A stretch of 64,000 nucleotides of DNA from an uncultured Solirubrobacterales bacterium (GCA_963730075.1 CAVSQH010000019.1:35150-99149), one strand, 5' to 3'. Shown: positions 44,882-53,836, counted from the first letter of the stretch. Notes: a model not told the origin generated them from the letters alone. Numbers and translations: made by a program.

Positions 44882-44924
44882 CGCTTCCGCAGGATCCGCC
44901 AGCGGCCGGCTCCAGCCGCTCGCG

Positions 44925-45371
44925 TCAGGCAGCGATCTGCTCGGCCTCGCTCTGCGACACGCTGGCAACGAGCACACCGCAGCGTGCCTTGTGAAGCACG
45001 TCCTCGCTGACGCTCTCGCCAAGCAGGCGCTTGACCGGAGTGGTGCTGCGGCGGCCCACGACGATCAGATCGGCGCCGCACTGCTTGGCGACGTGGACGA
45101 TCGCCTCAGCGGGGCGGCCGATGATGCGTACGTACTCGGCCTCGATCCCGTGGGCGGTCAGAAAGGCACGCGCATCGGCGAGCACCTGATCACGCCGGGC
45201 CGGCGGGTCAGCGGGATCGATCCGCCCTCCCATACGGCCCACATTGACCACTGTGGGCGCCACGGTCACCACAACCAACCTCGCATCGAGGCGTTCGGTC
45301 AGCTCAGCGGCGCGCTGCAGGGCAGCCTCGCCCGAGCTGGTGTCGTCGTAGGCAATCAGAATCGTGTTCAT
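44925..45371 (-). CDS. Universal stress protein
   Basis: ILIAYD, ADLIVVG and LGESVSEDVLHKARCGVLV; AGGAG RBS. Confidence 0.9.
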   Translation of the reverse strand: MNTILIAYDDTSSGEAALQRAAELTERLDARLVVVTVAPTVVNVGRMGGRIDPADPPARRDQVLADARAFLTAHGIEAEYVRIIGRPAEAIVHVAKQCGADLIVVGRRSTTPVKRLLGESVSEDVLHKARCGVLVASVSQSEAEQIAA

Positions 45372-45623
45372 CGTCAGACTCCTTCTGACGGCGCCCGGCG
45401 CTCACGCGAGCTGCTCGGTCTGCCGTCATAACTGGTCATCTGAGTATTGATCGCCGGTCATCAACGCCGCGCGAAGAACACCCGGTTGCGCATACAGGTT
45501 TTGTGAACGCACGGCCGGGTGCGCACGCCGCAGGCGCTCAACCAGATGCGTTGGGGATTTTGGGCGCTATACGCACAAGATCGCCAACGCTTGCGCGCGC
45601 TTCTGCCGCCAGGCGACCGAGAG

Positions 45624-46358
45624 CTAGCGCGGCTCGCCGCCAAGCGGCGCGTCGAGCAACTCTCCGGGATCGACCTCCCGCACCGCGCGGGCCGGAACGC
45701 CGATCACCACGGTGCGGTCCGGCACCGACCGCGTCACGACCGATCCCGCCGCGACGACCGCCTCGACACCGAGCTCGATGCCCGGCATCAGCACGGCGCT
45801 GGCCCCCACCCGAGATCCTCGCCGTGCGATGACGCCCTGCAGCGCAACGTTGTTGGCGTGACGCCTGCCGATTGTCGGATCGTTGGTGACCGCGACCAGT
45901 GGGCCGAAGAACACGTCGTCCTCGAGCCGTGACTCCGGCGCGATGATCACGTTGTTCTGCAGACGAACGCGATCTCCAACTTGCACGCCTCGGCCGACCG
46001 CGCTGCCCTGGCCGACGACCGTCTCTGAACCGATCCTGGCTCCCTCGCGCAGGAACACGTGATCCCCGATCAGCGCCCCGGCCCCTACGCGTCCAGCGGT
46101 GCAGATCACCGCGTGGCAGCAGATCGTAGCCCCGCTTTCGATCACGAGCGGCTCGGACGGAGGCCCGGGCGCGCGGGATCGCGCATCGAGTCGCGGCGGC
46201 TTGCCGAGCACCGCGCCGTCCTCGATCGTGCAGTCATCGCCAACGGTGACTCCGTCATGAATCACGACATGTGCACCGAGTTGTACGCGCTCGCCGAGCC
46301 GCACACCCTCCCCGAGCATCAGCCCCGGCGCCCGCGATGACGGCTGGCACCGGCCCAT
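45624..46358 (-). CDS. Hexapeptide-repeat acetyltransferase, paralogue of 8931-9689
   Basis: CTIEDGAVLGK, VFFGPLVAVTND and AGSVVTRSV...GVPAR. Confidence 0.85.
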   Translation of the reverse strand: MGRCQPSSRAPGLMLGEGVRLGERVQLGAHVVIHDGVTVGDDCTIEDGAVLGKPPRLDARSRAPGPPSEPLVIESGATICCHAVICTAGRVGAGALIGDHVFLREGARIGSETVVGQGSAVGRGVQVGDRVRLQNNVIIAPESRLEDDVFFGPLVAVTNDPTIGRRHANNVALQGVIARRGSRVGASAVLMPGIELGVEAVVAAGSVVTRSVPDRTVVIGVPARAVREVDPGELLDAPLGGEPR

Positions 46359-46596
46359 CAGGGCCCGAGCCGTCCCCGTGCCGTGTCGACGAGCCGGCCC
46401 AGTTTCAGCCCGAGCTGGACCCGACGCGTTCGACCAAGCGAGCGGAGCCGCTCGAGCTCAGTCTCGAGTGTCCGATTCGCCGGCTGTGCGAAAGCTGTAA
46501 GTCGCGAGCGTGATGTACATGCAGCGAATATGGGACGGTAGCCGATGTACCGCACCGTGATCCGCTCGACACAAGAAGACCGAGGAGGCGAGTCAA

Positions 46597-46995
46597 GTGC
46601 AGGCCGACGATGTCGATCGATGGCTGCGGTCGTATGTCGACGCCTGGAAGAGCTACGACCCCGAGCAGATCGCAGCGTTGTTCTCGCAGGACGTCAGCTA
46701 CCGCTACCACCCCTACGACGAGCCCCTGCGCGGCCGCGACGTGGTCGTCGCTTCGTGGCTCGGCGAGGGCGACCATGAGGGAGCGTCCACCCGTGACGAG
46801 CCCGGCACCTACGACGCGACCTACCGGGCCGTCGCGGTCGATGGCGACACCGCTGTCGCAACCGGCTCGAGCAGCTACAGCCCGACGCCCGGAGCGCCGC
46901 CGACCAAGACCTTCGACAACTGCTTTGTGATGCGCTTCGACTCGGCCGGGCTGTGCTGCGAGTTCACGGAGTGGTACATCGAGCGGCCCGCCTAA
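46597..46995 (+). CDS. NTF2/SnoaL-like protein
   Basis: WLRSYVDAW, ALFSQDVSY and EFTEWY; GGAGG RBS. Confidence 0.88.
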   Translation: MQADDVDRWLRSYVDAWKSYDPEQIAALFSQDVSYRYHPYDEPLRGRDVVVASWLGEGDHEGASTRDEPGTYDATYRAVAVDGDTAVATGSSSYSPTPGAPPTKTFDNCFVMRFDSAGLCCEFTEWYIERPA

Positions 46996-47037
46996 GGCCA
47001 TCTGGCGCTGCTCCTCTAACGAACCGCCGGCCGGGGC

Positions 47038-48072
47038 TCATCGCCGGATGCGCCTCCGTAACCCGTCCGCGATCCGTCGCGGCCAAGCCGTCAACGGCGT
47101 AGCGTCGCCGGTTGCCCGGCGATCTTGGCTGGCTGCCGCCAGGCGATGGCGGAGCTCGATGACCTCGGCTGCGAGGGCGTCCCCGCGTTCCCGCAGCGCG
47201 CGGTTCTCGGCCAACGTTCGCCTGTAGACGTCGTCGTTCGGCGCGGACTCCTTCTCAACATCGCTCTCTGCTGCTGGCTCGGCGCGATCCGGGTGCGTGT
47301 CGTCGGCGCCCTCGGCGGCAGGCAGACTGGATAGGCCCGAAAGAGACCGTCGCGCGTGGACGACGGCTCGCCGCGTACCCTGAGACCCGCTCCCATCGCC
47401 GGTCGTCCGCAGCCACTCGTCATCGCCTACCTGTGGCTCGAGAGTGACGAGCTCGACCTCGGAGAAGCCAAGCGTTCCGAGCATGGCGACAAGCGCGGGT
47501 ACGTTGGGACCACACCAGTTCGTTGCGTCGCCGGCCAGCTCGGCGCGCGGATAGAACGCCACGGCCGGCCTGGGCTGATCGAGGAAATCGACATGAGTCT
47601 CGACGATCAGCAGGTCCCGCGCGACGCTGGCCGCGTGGGCAAGGCCGCCGTAGGGATCGCGCAGGTGGTACAGCACGCCGAGAAACAGAACGACGTCGAA
47701 CGTCCCGACGGTCGCGGGCGAGATGTCGAACACGTCGATCTCGCGATCCTCGACGCCTGACCCGAGCGCCCGCCTCGCCACCTCAAATCCGGTCTTGCCG
47801 AACTCCGGCTGACGCCAGACATAGAGGTCTGCGGCAACCACACGCGATGCGCCTCGGCGCTCGCACTCGAACGAGTAGAAGCCGTCCCATGCCCCGATGT
47901 CGATCACCGTCTTGCCCGAAAGATCCTCGGGGAGCCCGATCCGTCGCAGCCCGTGGGACGTGTCACCGCCGCCTCCGGGCGTGATTACGCCGTGTCCGAG
48001 GTCGATCGTGTGGTGCCAGTAGGGCACCGCGTCGACCTGCTCCTGAAGCGCGACGGCACCTTCAGAGTCCAT
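47038..48072 (-). CDS. Class I SAM methyltransferase (DUF1698/CmoB-like) with coiled-coil tail
   Basis: WHHTIDLG, VIDIGAWDGFYSF and FDVVLFLGVLYHL; start at the ATG at 48072. Confidence 0.85.
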   Translation of the reverse strand: MDSEGAVALQEQVDAVPYWHHTIDLGHGVITPGGGGDTSHGLRRIGLPEDLSGKTVIDIGAWDGFYSFECERRGASRVVAADLYVWRQPEFGKTGFEVARRALGSGVEDREIDVFDISPATVGTFDVVLFLGVLYHLRDPYGGLAHAASVARDLLIVETHVDFLDQPRPAVAFYPRAELAGDATNWCGPNVPALVAMLGTLGFSEVELVTLEPQVGDDEWLRTTGDGSGSQGTRRAVVHARRSLSGLSSLPAAEGADDTHPDRAEPAAESDVEKESAPNDDVYRRTLAENRALRERGDALAAEVIELRHRLAAASQDRRATGDATPLTAWPRRIADGLRRRIRR

Positions 48073-48101
48073 CGGCGGCCGATGGTAACGCGAGGTCTTC
48101 C

Positions 48102-48737
48102 TCAGTGGTGCGGGTGGTTGAAGCTCTCGGCGAGGGGCCCGCATGCGGCCGCCGCCTGCTCCCACGCCGGCGACTGCATGCTGATCGTGGCCGGGAACAG
48201 GAGGAACGCTCCCTTGTAGTCGGTGATTTCGGAGTACTCGCTCAAGCTGACGTTGGGCGGGCGCCAGGTCCTGGGGTCGGGGAATTCGGAGATCCCGTGC
48301 TGGCGCATGCACTGCGCAACCTTGCGCAGCTGCGCCATCGCCTGTGCGGAGGGCGGCCCGCCGGAGCCGCCGGGAAGGGGCATGAACTTCTGACACTTCG
48401 CCTGCGCCGCCTCGAACGCAGGCGATGACGGATCGACTCCAGCGCTCACCTCGAAGCCCCCTCCGGGGCTCGGGTCCGGGAAGTTGGACACGCCGTTGGC
48501 TCGCATGCATCTGGCGAACGCAAGCGGTCCTGCCCGGTCGGCGACTGGCGCGTTCGAGCCCGAGCTGAGTGCGCCGACGCCGGCTGCGGGGGTCGAGGCG
48601 GACCTGGCCGCCGACCCGCAGGCAGCGAGCGCGATTGAGCAGCCGACCACGGCCAGCAAGGTCGCAAGCTTCGGCAGACTGCACGCGTTGTTGGACGCGG
48701 CTCTACACGTCTCGTCGGTTTGCCTGACCGATCGCAC
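48102..48737 (-). CDS. Lipoprotein with two CMR..G...FPDP repeats
   Basis: Lipobox LAAC; FARCMRANGVSNFPDP and AQCMRQHGISEFPDP. Start uncertain. Confidence 0.8.
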   Translation of the reverse strand: MRSVRQTDETCRAASNNACSLPKLATLLAVVGCSIALAACGSAARSASTPAAGVGALSSGSNAPVADRAGPLAFARCMRANGVSNFPDPSPGGGFEVSAGVDPSSPAFEAAQAKCQKFMPLPGGSGGPPSAQAMAQLRKVAQCMRQHGISEFPDPRTWRPPNVSLSEYSEITDYKGAFLLFPATISMQSPAWEQAAAACGPLAESFNHPHH

Positions 48738-48765
48738 CTTCGAGGTCGTTGTACGACCTCGTCCC

Positions 48766-48800
48766 TAACACGGTCATAACGCCGTTATGCAGCCGTTACG
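48766..48800 (-). promoter_or_regulatory. 35-bp operator upstream of lipoprotein 1
   Basis: TAAC-N7-TAAC-N3-GTTA-N7-GTTA; 27/35 identical to 51922-51956. Confidence 0.7.
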
Positions 48801-48883
48801 TGCTTGGCAGATTGAGCCGGCTCCCCAGAGCTCAAGGCGGACGCCTCCAATCCATCGGCGTCGGGGGCCGATCTGATTCTCTC

Positions 48884-49732
48884 TTGCGTGTGCTGGAGCA
48901 AGCGGCCGGACTTTCCCCACAGGCGCTGGACGCGATCGCCGAGCTCGAGCGGTGCGTGGTCGAGGCTGACGGCGGGCGGCTGAAGCTCGAGTGGGGCACC
49001 TTGCGCCGCCGCAGCACCGACCGGGTGCAGGACCTCCTGTGGTGGGAGGACGAGAGGCTGCTCGGCTTCCTCGGGTTCTACAGCTTCGGCCCGTGGCTCG
49101 AGCTGGCCGGAATGGTCGCGCCCGAGGCGCGGGGGCGCGGCATCGCCACCGAGCTCCTTGACGCCGCCGGAGCGCTGTATCGCACGGCCGCGTACAGGCG
49201 GGTGCTGCTAATCGTGCCGCGCTCATCGGTGGCAGGTCGGGACCTAGCCGAGCGCCGGGGCGGGGTGTTGGACCACTCAGAACACGCGCTCGTCCTGTCC
49301 GGAGCGCCGACGACGGGATCCGATGAGCGGGCGATCAACTTGCGGCCGGCGACCGCGGCGGACGTCGCGACCGTCGCGCACCTGCTCGAGGCCGGCTTTG
49401 GCGACCCTGCGCCCGACGTGGCCAAGCGGCTCCATGCACCGGGCGAGCAAACACTGGTCGTCGAGCTCGAACGGTCGGCGGTCGGAACGATGCGCGTCAC
49501 CCGCGACGGCAGCGCCGCCGGCGTCTACGGCTTCGTCGTCCACCCGTCATTGCAGGGGCAGGGAATCGGGCGGGCCGCGCTGAGGTGCGCGTGCGAACGG
49601 TTGCGTGCCGACGGCGCGCAACGGATTCAGCTCGAGGTGGAGGTGGAGAACGACCGCGCGCTCGGGCTCTACACCTCGATCGGCTTTGCGCCCGTCACAA
49701 CCGAGGACTACTACGCGATGCCGCTCAGCTAG
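48884..49732 (+). CDS. Tandem GNAT acetyltransferase
   Basis: VAPEARGRGIA and VHPSLQGQGIG...NDRALGLYTSIGF. Confidence 0.88.
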   Translation: MRVLEQAAGLSPQALDAIAELERCVVEADGGRLKLEWGTLRRRSTDRVQDLLWWEDERLLGFLGFYSFGPWLELAGMVAPEARGRGIATELLDAAGALYRTAAYRRVLLIVPRSSVAGRDLAERRGGVLDHSEHALVLSGAPTTGSDERAINLRPATAADVATVAHLLEAGFGDPAPDVAKRLHAPGEQTLVVELERSAVGTMRVTRDGSAAGVYGFVVHPSLQGQGIGRAALRCACERLRADGAQRIQLEVEVENDRALGLYTSIGFAPVTTEDYYAMPLS

Positions 49733-49957
49733 GCGCCGGGCCGCCTGTCACTCGAGATCAAGCTGCGCCGAGTCTGGAAGAAAGTGGTGGTACCCCCCGT
49801 GTGAACCAGAACTCGGATTAAAGCGTTGACCCGGTCCGCGGCAAGCGCATTTGGAGCGACGGTGTCAAACGCCACCCCTAGGGTGGCTAGCCGCGTCCAC
49901 CCGGACGGCGGATCATGTTCATCACCGCACATCGGGTTCAAGGGGAAGGGGAGAGCC

Positions 49958-50299
49958 ATGAATCCCAGCGAGATCACGACGTTCGAGATCGAAGCCCAAT
50001 CGGGCCAGAACGTCAGCAATATCGGCGGCGACCAGACGATCTACTTCGGAGACCGCAGCCGAGCGACCCGCGTTGGGAGGATTGCAGAGGTGGTCGGGCT
50101 GCTGCTGTCTCTGGTCGGCCTCGCGGTGCTCGTGCCAGTCGCCGTCGCGACCGCGCACAGCGTGCTGCATGACATCCACGGACAGGGGCTCCAGACGCCG
50201 TACACCCATTACCTCTCGGCTGGCTGGGCCGCGGCCGTCGGACTGCTGGTGGTCGGCTTCGTCGTCAAGCGTTTCGCGCGGATCACCGTCGGCCGATGA
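49958..50299 (+). CDS. 2-TM membrane protein with N-terminal amyloid-like motif
   Basis: Purine-rich RBS; TTFEIEAQSGQNVSNIGGDQTIY followed by two hydrophobic helices. Confidence 0.8.
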   Translation: MNPSEITTFEIEAQSGQNVSNIGGDQTIYFGDRSRATRVGRIAEVVGLLLSLVGLAVLVPVAVATAHSVLHDIHGQGLQTPYTHYLSAGWAAAVGLLVVGFVVKRFARITVGR

Positions 50300-50664
50300 C
50301 GACGTTCAACATCGGCAGTCAGAACGCCGGGGCGATCCAAAACGTGGGCGGCGACATGGTCGTACAGGACGGAATCCACGGGACGGCAAACGTGCATGTG
50401 GTCGAGCTCCGTGACCGGCTGGCTCAACTGAGGGCGGAGCTGGAGGGCCTCGGACTGCCGGCCGAGAGTCATGCCGCCGCGAGCCAGGCGCTGGCCGAAG
50501 CCGAGGCCGAGGCGGCCGCGCCCGCGCCGCGCTCGCAGCGGATCGCCGACAGCCTGCGACGTGTGACCGAGACGCTCAATGACGCCGGAGCCCTCTCGAA
50601 CGCAGCCATGAACATCGTGCGCGTGCTCGCCAGCGCAGTATCCCTCGTGCCCCTAATCGTCTAG
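50296..50664 (+). CDS. Small helical protein with N-terminal amyloid-like motif
   Basis: ATGA overlap with the upstream gene; TTFNIGSQNAGAIQNVGGDMVV followed by amphipathic helices. Confidence 0.8.
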   Translation: MTTFNIGSQNAGAIQNVGGDMVVQDGIHGTANVHVVELRDRLAQLRAELEGLGLPAESHAAASQALAEAEAEAAAPAPRSQRIADSLRRVTETLNDAGALSNAAMNIVRVLASAVSLVPLIV

Positions 50665-50670
50665 TCCTTC

Positions 50671-51264
50671 TTGACAGACGGCGCTGAAGTCCGATTCGAC
50701 ACGGCGCTGGCCGAGCGGTGGACACGTGCTCCGGCGTGCGGGAGAATCGACTGCGTGCCTGATCCTGGTGGGTCCCGACGACGGATCGCACAGACGCTGA
50801 GCACCGCGTACGGGGCCAGCCTGATCAGCGATGACACCTTCACGGCCCGGCTCGACCAGACTCTGACGTCGCGCGTGGTGGATCGACTCGCGTTGGTGGG
50901 CGACCTGAACCTACGGCACCCGAGTCGTTCGTGGACCAGGTTTCGATCGGCGATCGGAGGTTGGCGACGCATCGTAGGTGAGTGCGTGCGCGACGATGCT
51001 CGTTCGCCGGTGTTCCTTGCCCTCGATTGGACCGGCGAGCAGTCAGAGCTGTTGCTCGGACGACACCACGCCTGCGATGTCGTGCTTGTGGACCCCAGTG
51101 TGTCCCGTAGACACGCGCGACTGGTCTTCCGCGATCACAGATGGATCGTCCAGGACCTGCACTCGACCAACGGCACGATCGTCAACGGCACGCCGGTCGG
51201 ACGGTGCGAGCTACGGCCTGGCGATGTCCTGGTCCTCGGGGACGAACGGCTAACGATCGATTAA
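50671..51264 (+). CDS. FHA-domain protein with DUF1707-like N-terminus
   Basis: LLGRH..CDVVL.DPSVSRRHA and DLHSTNGT.VNG. True start may be the GTG at 50755. Confidence 0.88.
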   Translation: MTDGAEVRFDTALAERWTRAPACGRIDCVPDPGGSRRRIAQTLSTAYGASLISDDTFTARLDQTLTSRVVDRLALVGDLNLRHPSRSWTRFRSAIGGWRRIVGECVRDDARSPVFLALDWTGEQSELLLGRHHACDVVLVDPSVSRRHARLVFRDHRWIVQDLHSTNGTIVNGTPVGRCELRPGDVLVLGDERLTID

Positions 51265-51297
51265 CCCCGGAAGCTGTCGTCGCTGGCCAACCCACGC

Positions 51298-51867
51298 TCA
51301 GCCCCCGATCGAAATGTTGCCGTTGGCGCTCGCACCACAGTCGCGAGCAGCGGACCTAAACGCGGGTGACTGCGGGTCAATCCCGGCCGGCGGTCCTGAC
51401 GGAGCGCCGTCCGAGAATGTCGGGTCGGGGAAGTTCGGCACACCATGTGCGCGCATGCAGCGCGCGAACGCCACCCCCTGGCGTCGCTGGGCGGCCGCGA
51501 CCTGCCGCGGCGGACCGCCGGCCGGCGGGAGATATTCCCTGCAAACGCGCTCGGCCGACCGCAGCACCGGCCCCGCGAAGGTCTTTCCTTCGGCCGTCAG
51601 CGACCCGGCCGAGTCGATCATCAAGGGCAAACCCTCACCGCCAGGGCCAGCGATCGGATCGGGAAAGCCGGACACACCGTTGGCGCGCATGCATCTCGAC
51701 AGTGAAGCCGGCGAGCTCTTCGGCCCGTAGGGACCGGCGGACGCGCTCGGCCGCGAGCCCGAGCTGCCGCACGCAGCAAGCGTCACCGTGCAGCCCAGGA
51801 CGACGAGCGCAACCGTTAGGGGGCGTCTTTGGGCGCCGAATGTCCCGCACGTGGTCGGACTTCGCAT
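51298..51867 (-). CDS. Lipoprotein, paralogue of 48102-48737
   Basis: Lipobox LAAC; CMRANGVSGFPDP and CMRAHGVPNFPDP. Confidence 0.8.
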   Translation of the reverse strand: MRSPTTCGTFGAQRRPLTVALVVLGCTVTLAACGSSGSRPSASAGPYGPKSSPASLSRCMRANGVSGFPDPIAGPGGEGLPLMIDSAGSLTAEGKTFAGPVLRSAERVCREYLPPAGGPPRQVAAAQRRQGVAFARCMRAHGVPNFPDPTFSDGAPSGPPAGIDPQSPAFRSAARDCGASANGNISIGG

Positions 51868-51921
51868 CTGGCTTGCACGCGTCGCTGGCTGCTGCCGACC
51901 CGAGGTCTATTGCAAGGCACA

Positions 51922-51956
51922 TAACACCGGCGTAACGCAGTTACGCCCGCGTTACG
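51922..51956 (-). promoter_or_regulatory. 35-bp operator upstream of lipoprotein 2
   Basis: TAACACCGGCGTAACGCAGTTACGCCCGCGTTACG; same layout as 48766-48800. Confidence 0.7.
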
Positions 51957-52040
51957 ACGCTGGCGCTCTCGACGCGAGGCGGCCTGGGAGCATGTTCCTG
52001 CAGAATCGTTGGCAGAGCACACCCCGACGAAGGGATCCGG

Positions 52041-52385
52041 ATGGAAGCGCATCTCAGCAGCCGTCATCGCGACACGGTCGAGAGGATCTTCAGCCACCCG
52101 TCGAGCCGCAACATCGAGTGGCGCGAGGTGGTTTCGCTGCTGGCGGCGATTGGAACCGTGACGCATGAGCACAACGGCAAGCTCAAGGTTTCGCTTGGCC
52201 CTGAGACCGAGGTGCTCCCTGCGCCTCGCGGCAAGGACGTGGAGGTCCAGATCGTGGTGGATCTGCGGCGAATGCTGAAGCAGGCGGGTTTCGGACCGGG
52301 CAGTTCGCGAGCCGTCGATGATCAGAGTGCGAGGGATCATGGCGATGGTCGCTGGGGCGAGCCGACCCAGGACGATGGTGAATGA
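52041..52385 (+). CDS. HicA-like protein (orphan)
   Basis: HRDTVERIFSHPSSRNIEWREVVSLL...G and LRRMLKQAG. Confidence 0.65.
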   Translation: MEAHLSSRHRDTVERIFSHPSSRNIEWREVVSLLAAIGTVTHEHNGKLKVSLGPETEVLPAPRGKDVEVQIVVDLRRMLKQAGFGPGSSRAVDDQSARDHGDGRWGEPTQDDGE

Positions 52386-52482
52386 CGCCCACGTCGCGGA
52401 GCGTCGATCCCGGCTGCGACGAGGCTGGCTGCTCTTTTTCTTGACGGTGTAATGGCCGGGCGGTGGCTGGGCATAGATTGAT

Positions 52483-52995
52483 GTGGACGCGAGACGCCGC
52501 CGCCTAGAGGAGCTCTTCAACGCCCACGGCACCGCGGTGCGGGCCTACGCGCTGCGGCGCCTCGGTGCCGGTGAGTCAGCGTCGGCGGACGATGTCGTCA
52601 GCGAGGTGTTCGCGGTCGCCTGGCGGAGGATCGACGCGGTCCCCGACGGTGCGGAGCTGCCCTGGCTGCTCGGCTGTGCGCGGCGTGTGGTCCTCCATGT
52701 CCACCGCCGGGCTCGGCGAGATGCCGCCCTGGTCGGGCAGCTCGAGGCCCGCGCCACGAGCGCGGCCGTTCCGGCGACCGGCGACCGGGTGCTCGCCGCC
52801 GCCTTGGCTTCGTTGGGTGAGCGCGACCGCGAGGCGTTGCTGCTGATCGCGTGGGAGGGGTTGTCGGCGTCCGAAGCAGCGGTCGCGGTCGGGTGTTCCC
52901 GCGGGACGTTTGCGGTTCGGCTGCACCGCGCGCGGCGACGATTGACCGTAGCGCTCGCCCACGAGGCGAGTGGAGTGTTGGAGGTGGCGAGATGA
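52483..52995 (+). CDS. ECF sigma factor
   Basis: ADDVVSEVFAVAWRR, PWLLGCAR, DREALLLIAWEGLS and RLHRARRRL. Confidence 0.92.
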   Translation: MDARRRRLEELFNAHGTAVRAYALRRLGAGESASADDVVSEVFAVAWRRIDAVPDGAELPWLLGCARRVVLHVHRRARRDAALVGQLEARATSAAVPATGDRVLAAALASLGERDREALLLIAWEGLSASEAAVAVGCSRGTFAVRLHRARRRLTVALAHEASGVLEVAR

Positions 52996-53836
52996 ACGAC
53001 GTGATGGAACGGTTGCAAGCGGCCAACCCGGTGGCGTCCTGCGAACCGCCGCCGCCCAGCGTGCTCGAGTTCGCGGTGTCGGCCGACCGCCACACCGCTG
53101 CGCCACGAGCGACCGAGGTGGAGACCCTCGTTCGGGACGATCGCCGCGGCTGCTGCAGCGGCGCTGGCGGTGGCGGTCTTCGCCGCTGCCGTCGTGGTGC
53201 TGTCGCACCGGAGGCCCACGCCAGTCAGCGCCGCGGCAAAGCCTGCCGGTGAGCGACGGCTGCTCGACGTCGTCGGCACGCTCGGCCGTCCTGCGACCGC
53301 CGCGGATCGCGCGATCCTGCCTCGCTTCCGGCGGCTGGCCAAAACTGCGGTCCCGGCCGCGGTGTACGGACGGATTGACTACTCGACCGTCCGAATCGCG
53401 GGCCCCGCCGTAGGTGGCGGCGTGCAGGTGATGTTCGCTCTGGCACCGGTCCCGAATGCCGCTTGGAGCCACCTGCCGACCAGTGACCGGCACAAGATGG
53501 AGCAGCTCAACGGTGACTGGCGGGTGGCGTTGATGACCGTCGGTGGGCGCTACCCCGGGGCGGTGCTCGGATCGATGGGCGCCCGACAGATCGAGCGCGG
53601 GGGCGATGTGGGAGAGCGGAATCGTGACCCGGGCGACCTGGTCGATGGTGGTCGTCGTGCCCGACGGAGTGGCCCGGATTATCGCCCGCGGAAGCGCCGG
53701 ACCGCCGGTTGCGCTCACCGTGCACAGCAACGTCGCGATCGGGCTGCACCTTCCCGGCAAGCTCCGCTGGCCGCGGACCATGGTCTGGTACGGGCCGGCC
53801 GGGAACGTCGTCGCGCGGATCGGTCCGAAGCGATGA
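52992..53836 (+). CDS. Putative membrane anti-sigma factor, two apparent frameshifts
   Basis: ATGA-coupled MNDVMERLQAANPV. A TM (AAALAVAVFAAAVVVL) lies in a second frame and VVVPDGVA...WYGPAGNVV in a third. Confidence 0.6.

Noticed and set aside
47038-48684. 548-aa methyltransferase
   Set aside because: The N-terminal ~200 aa is an alternative frame over the lipoprotein gene. The real start is 48072.
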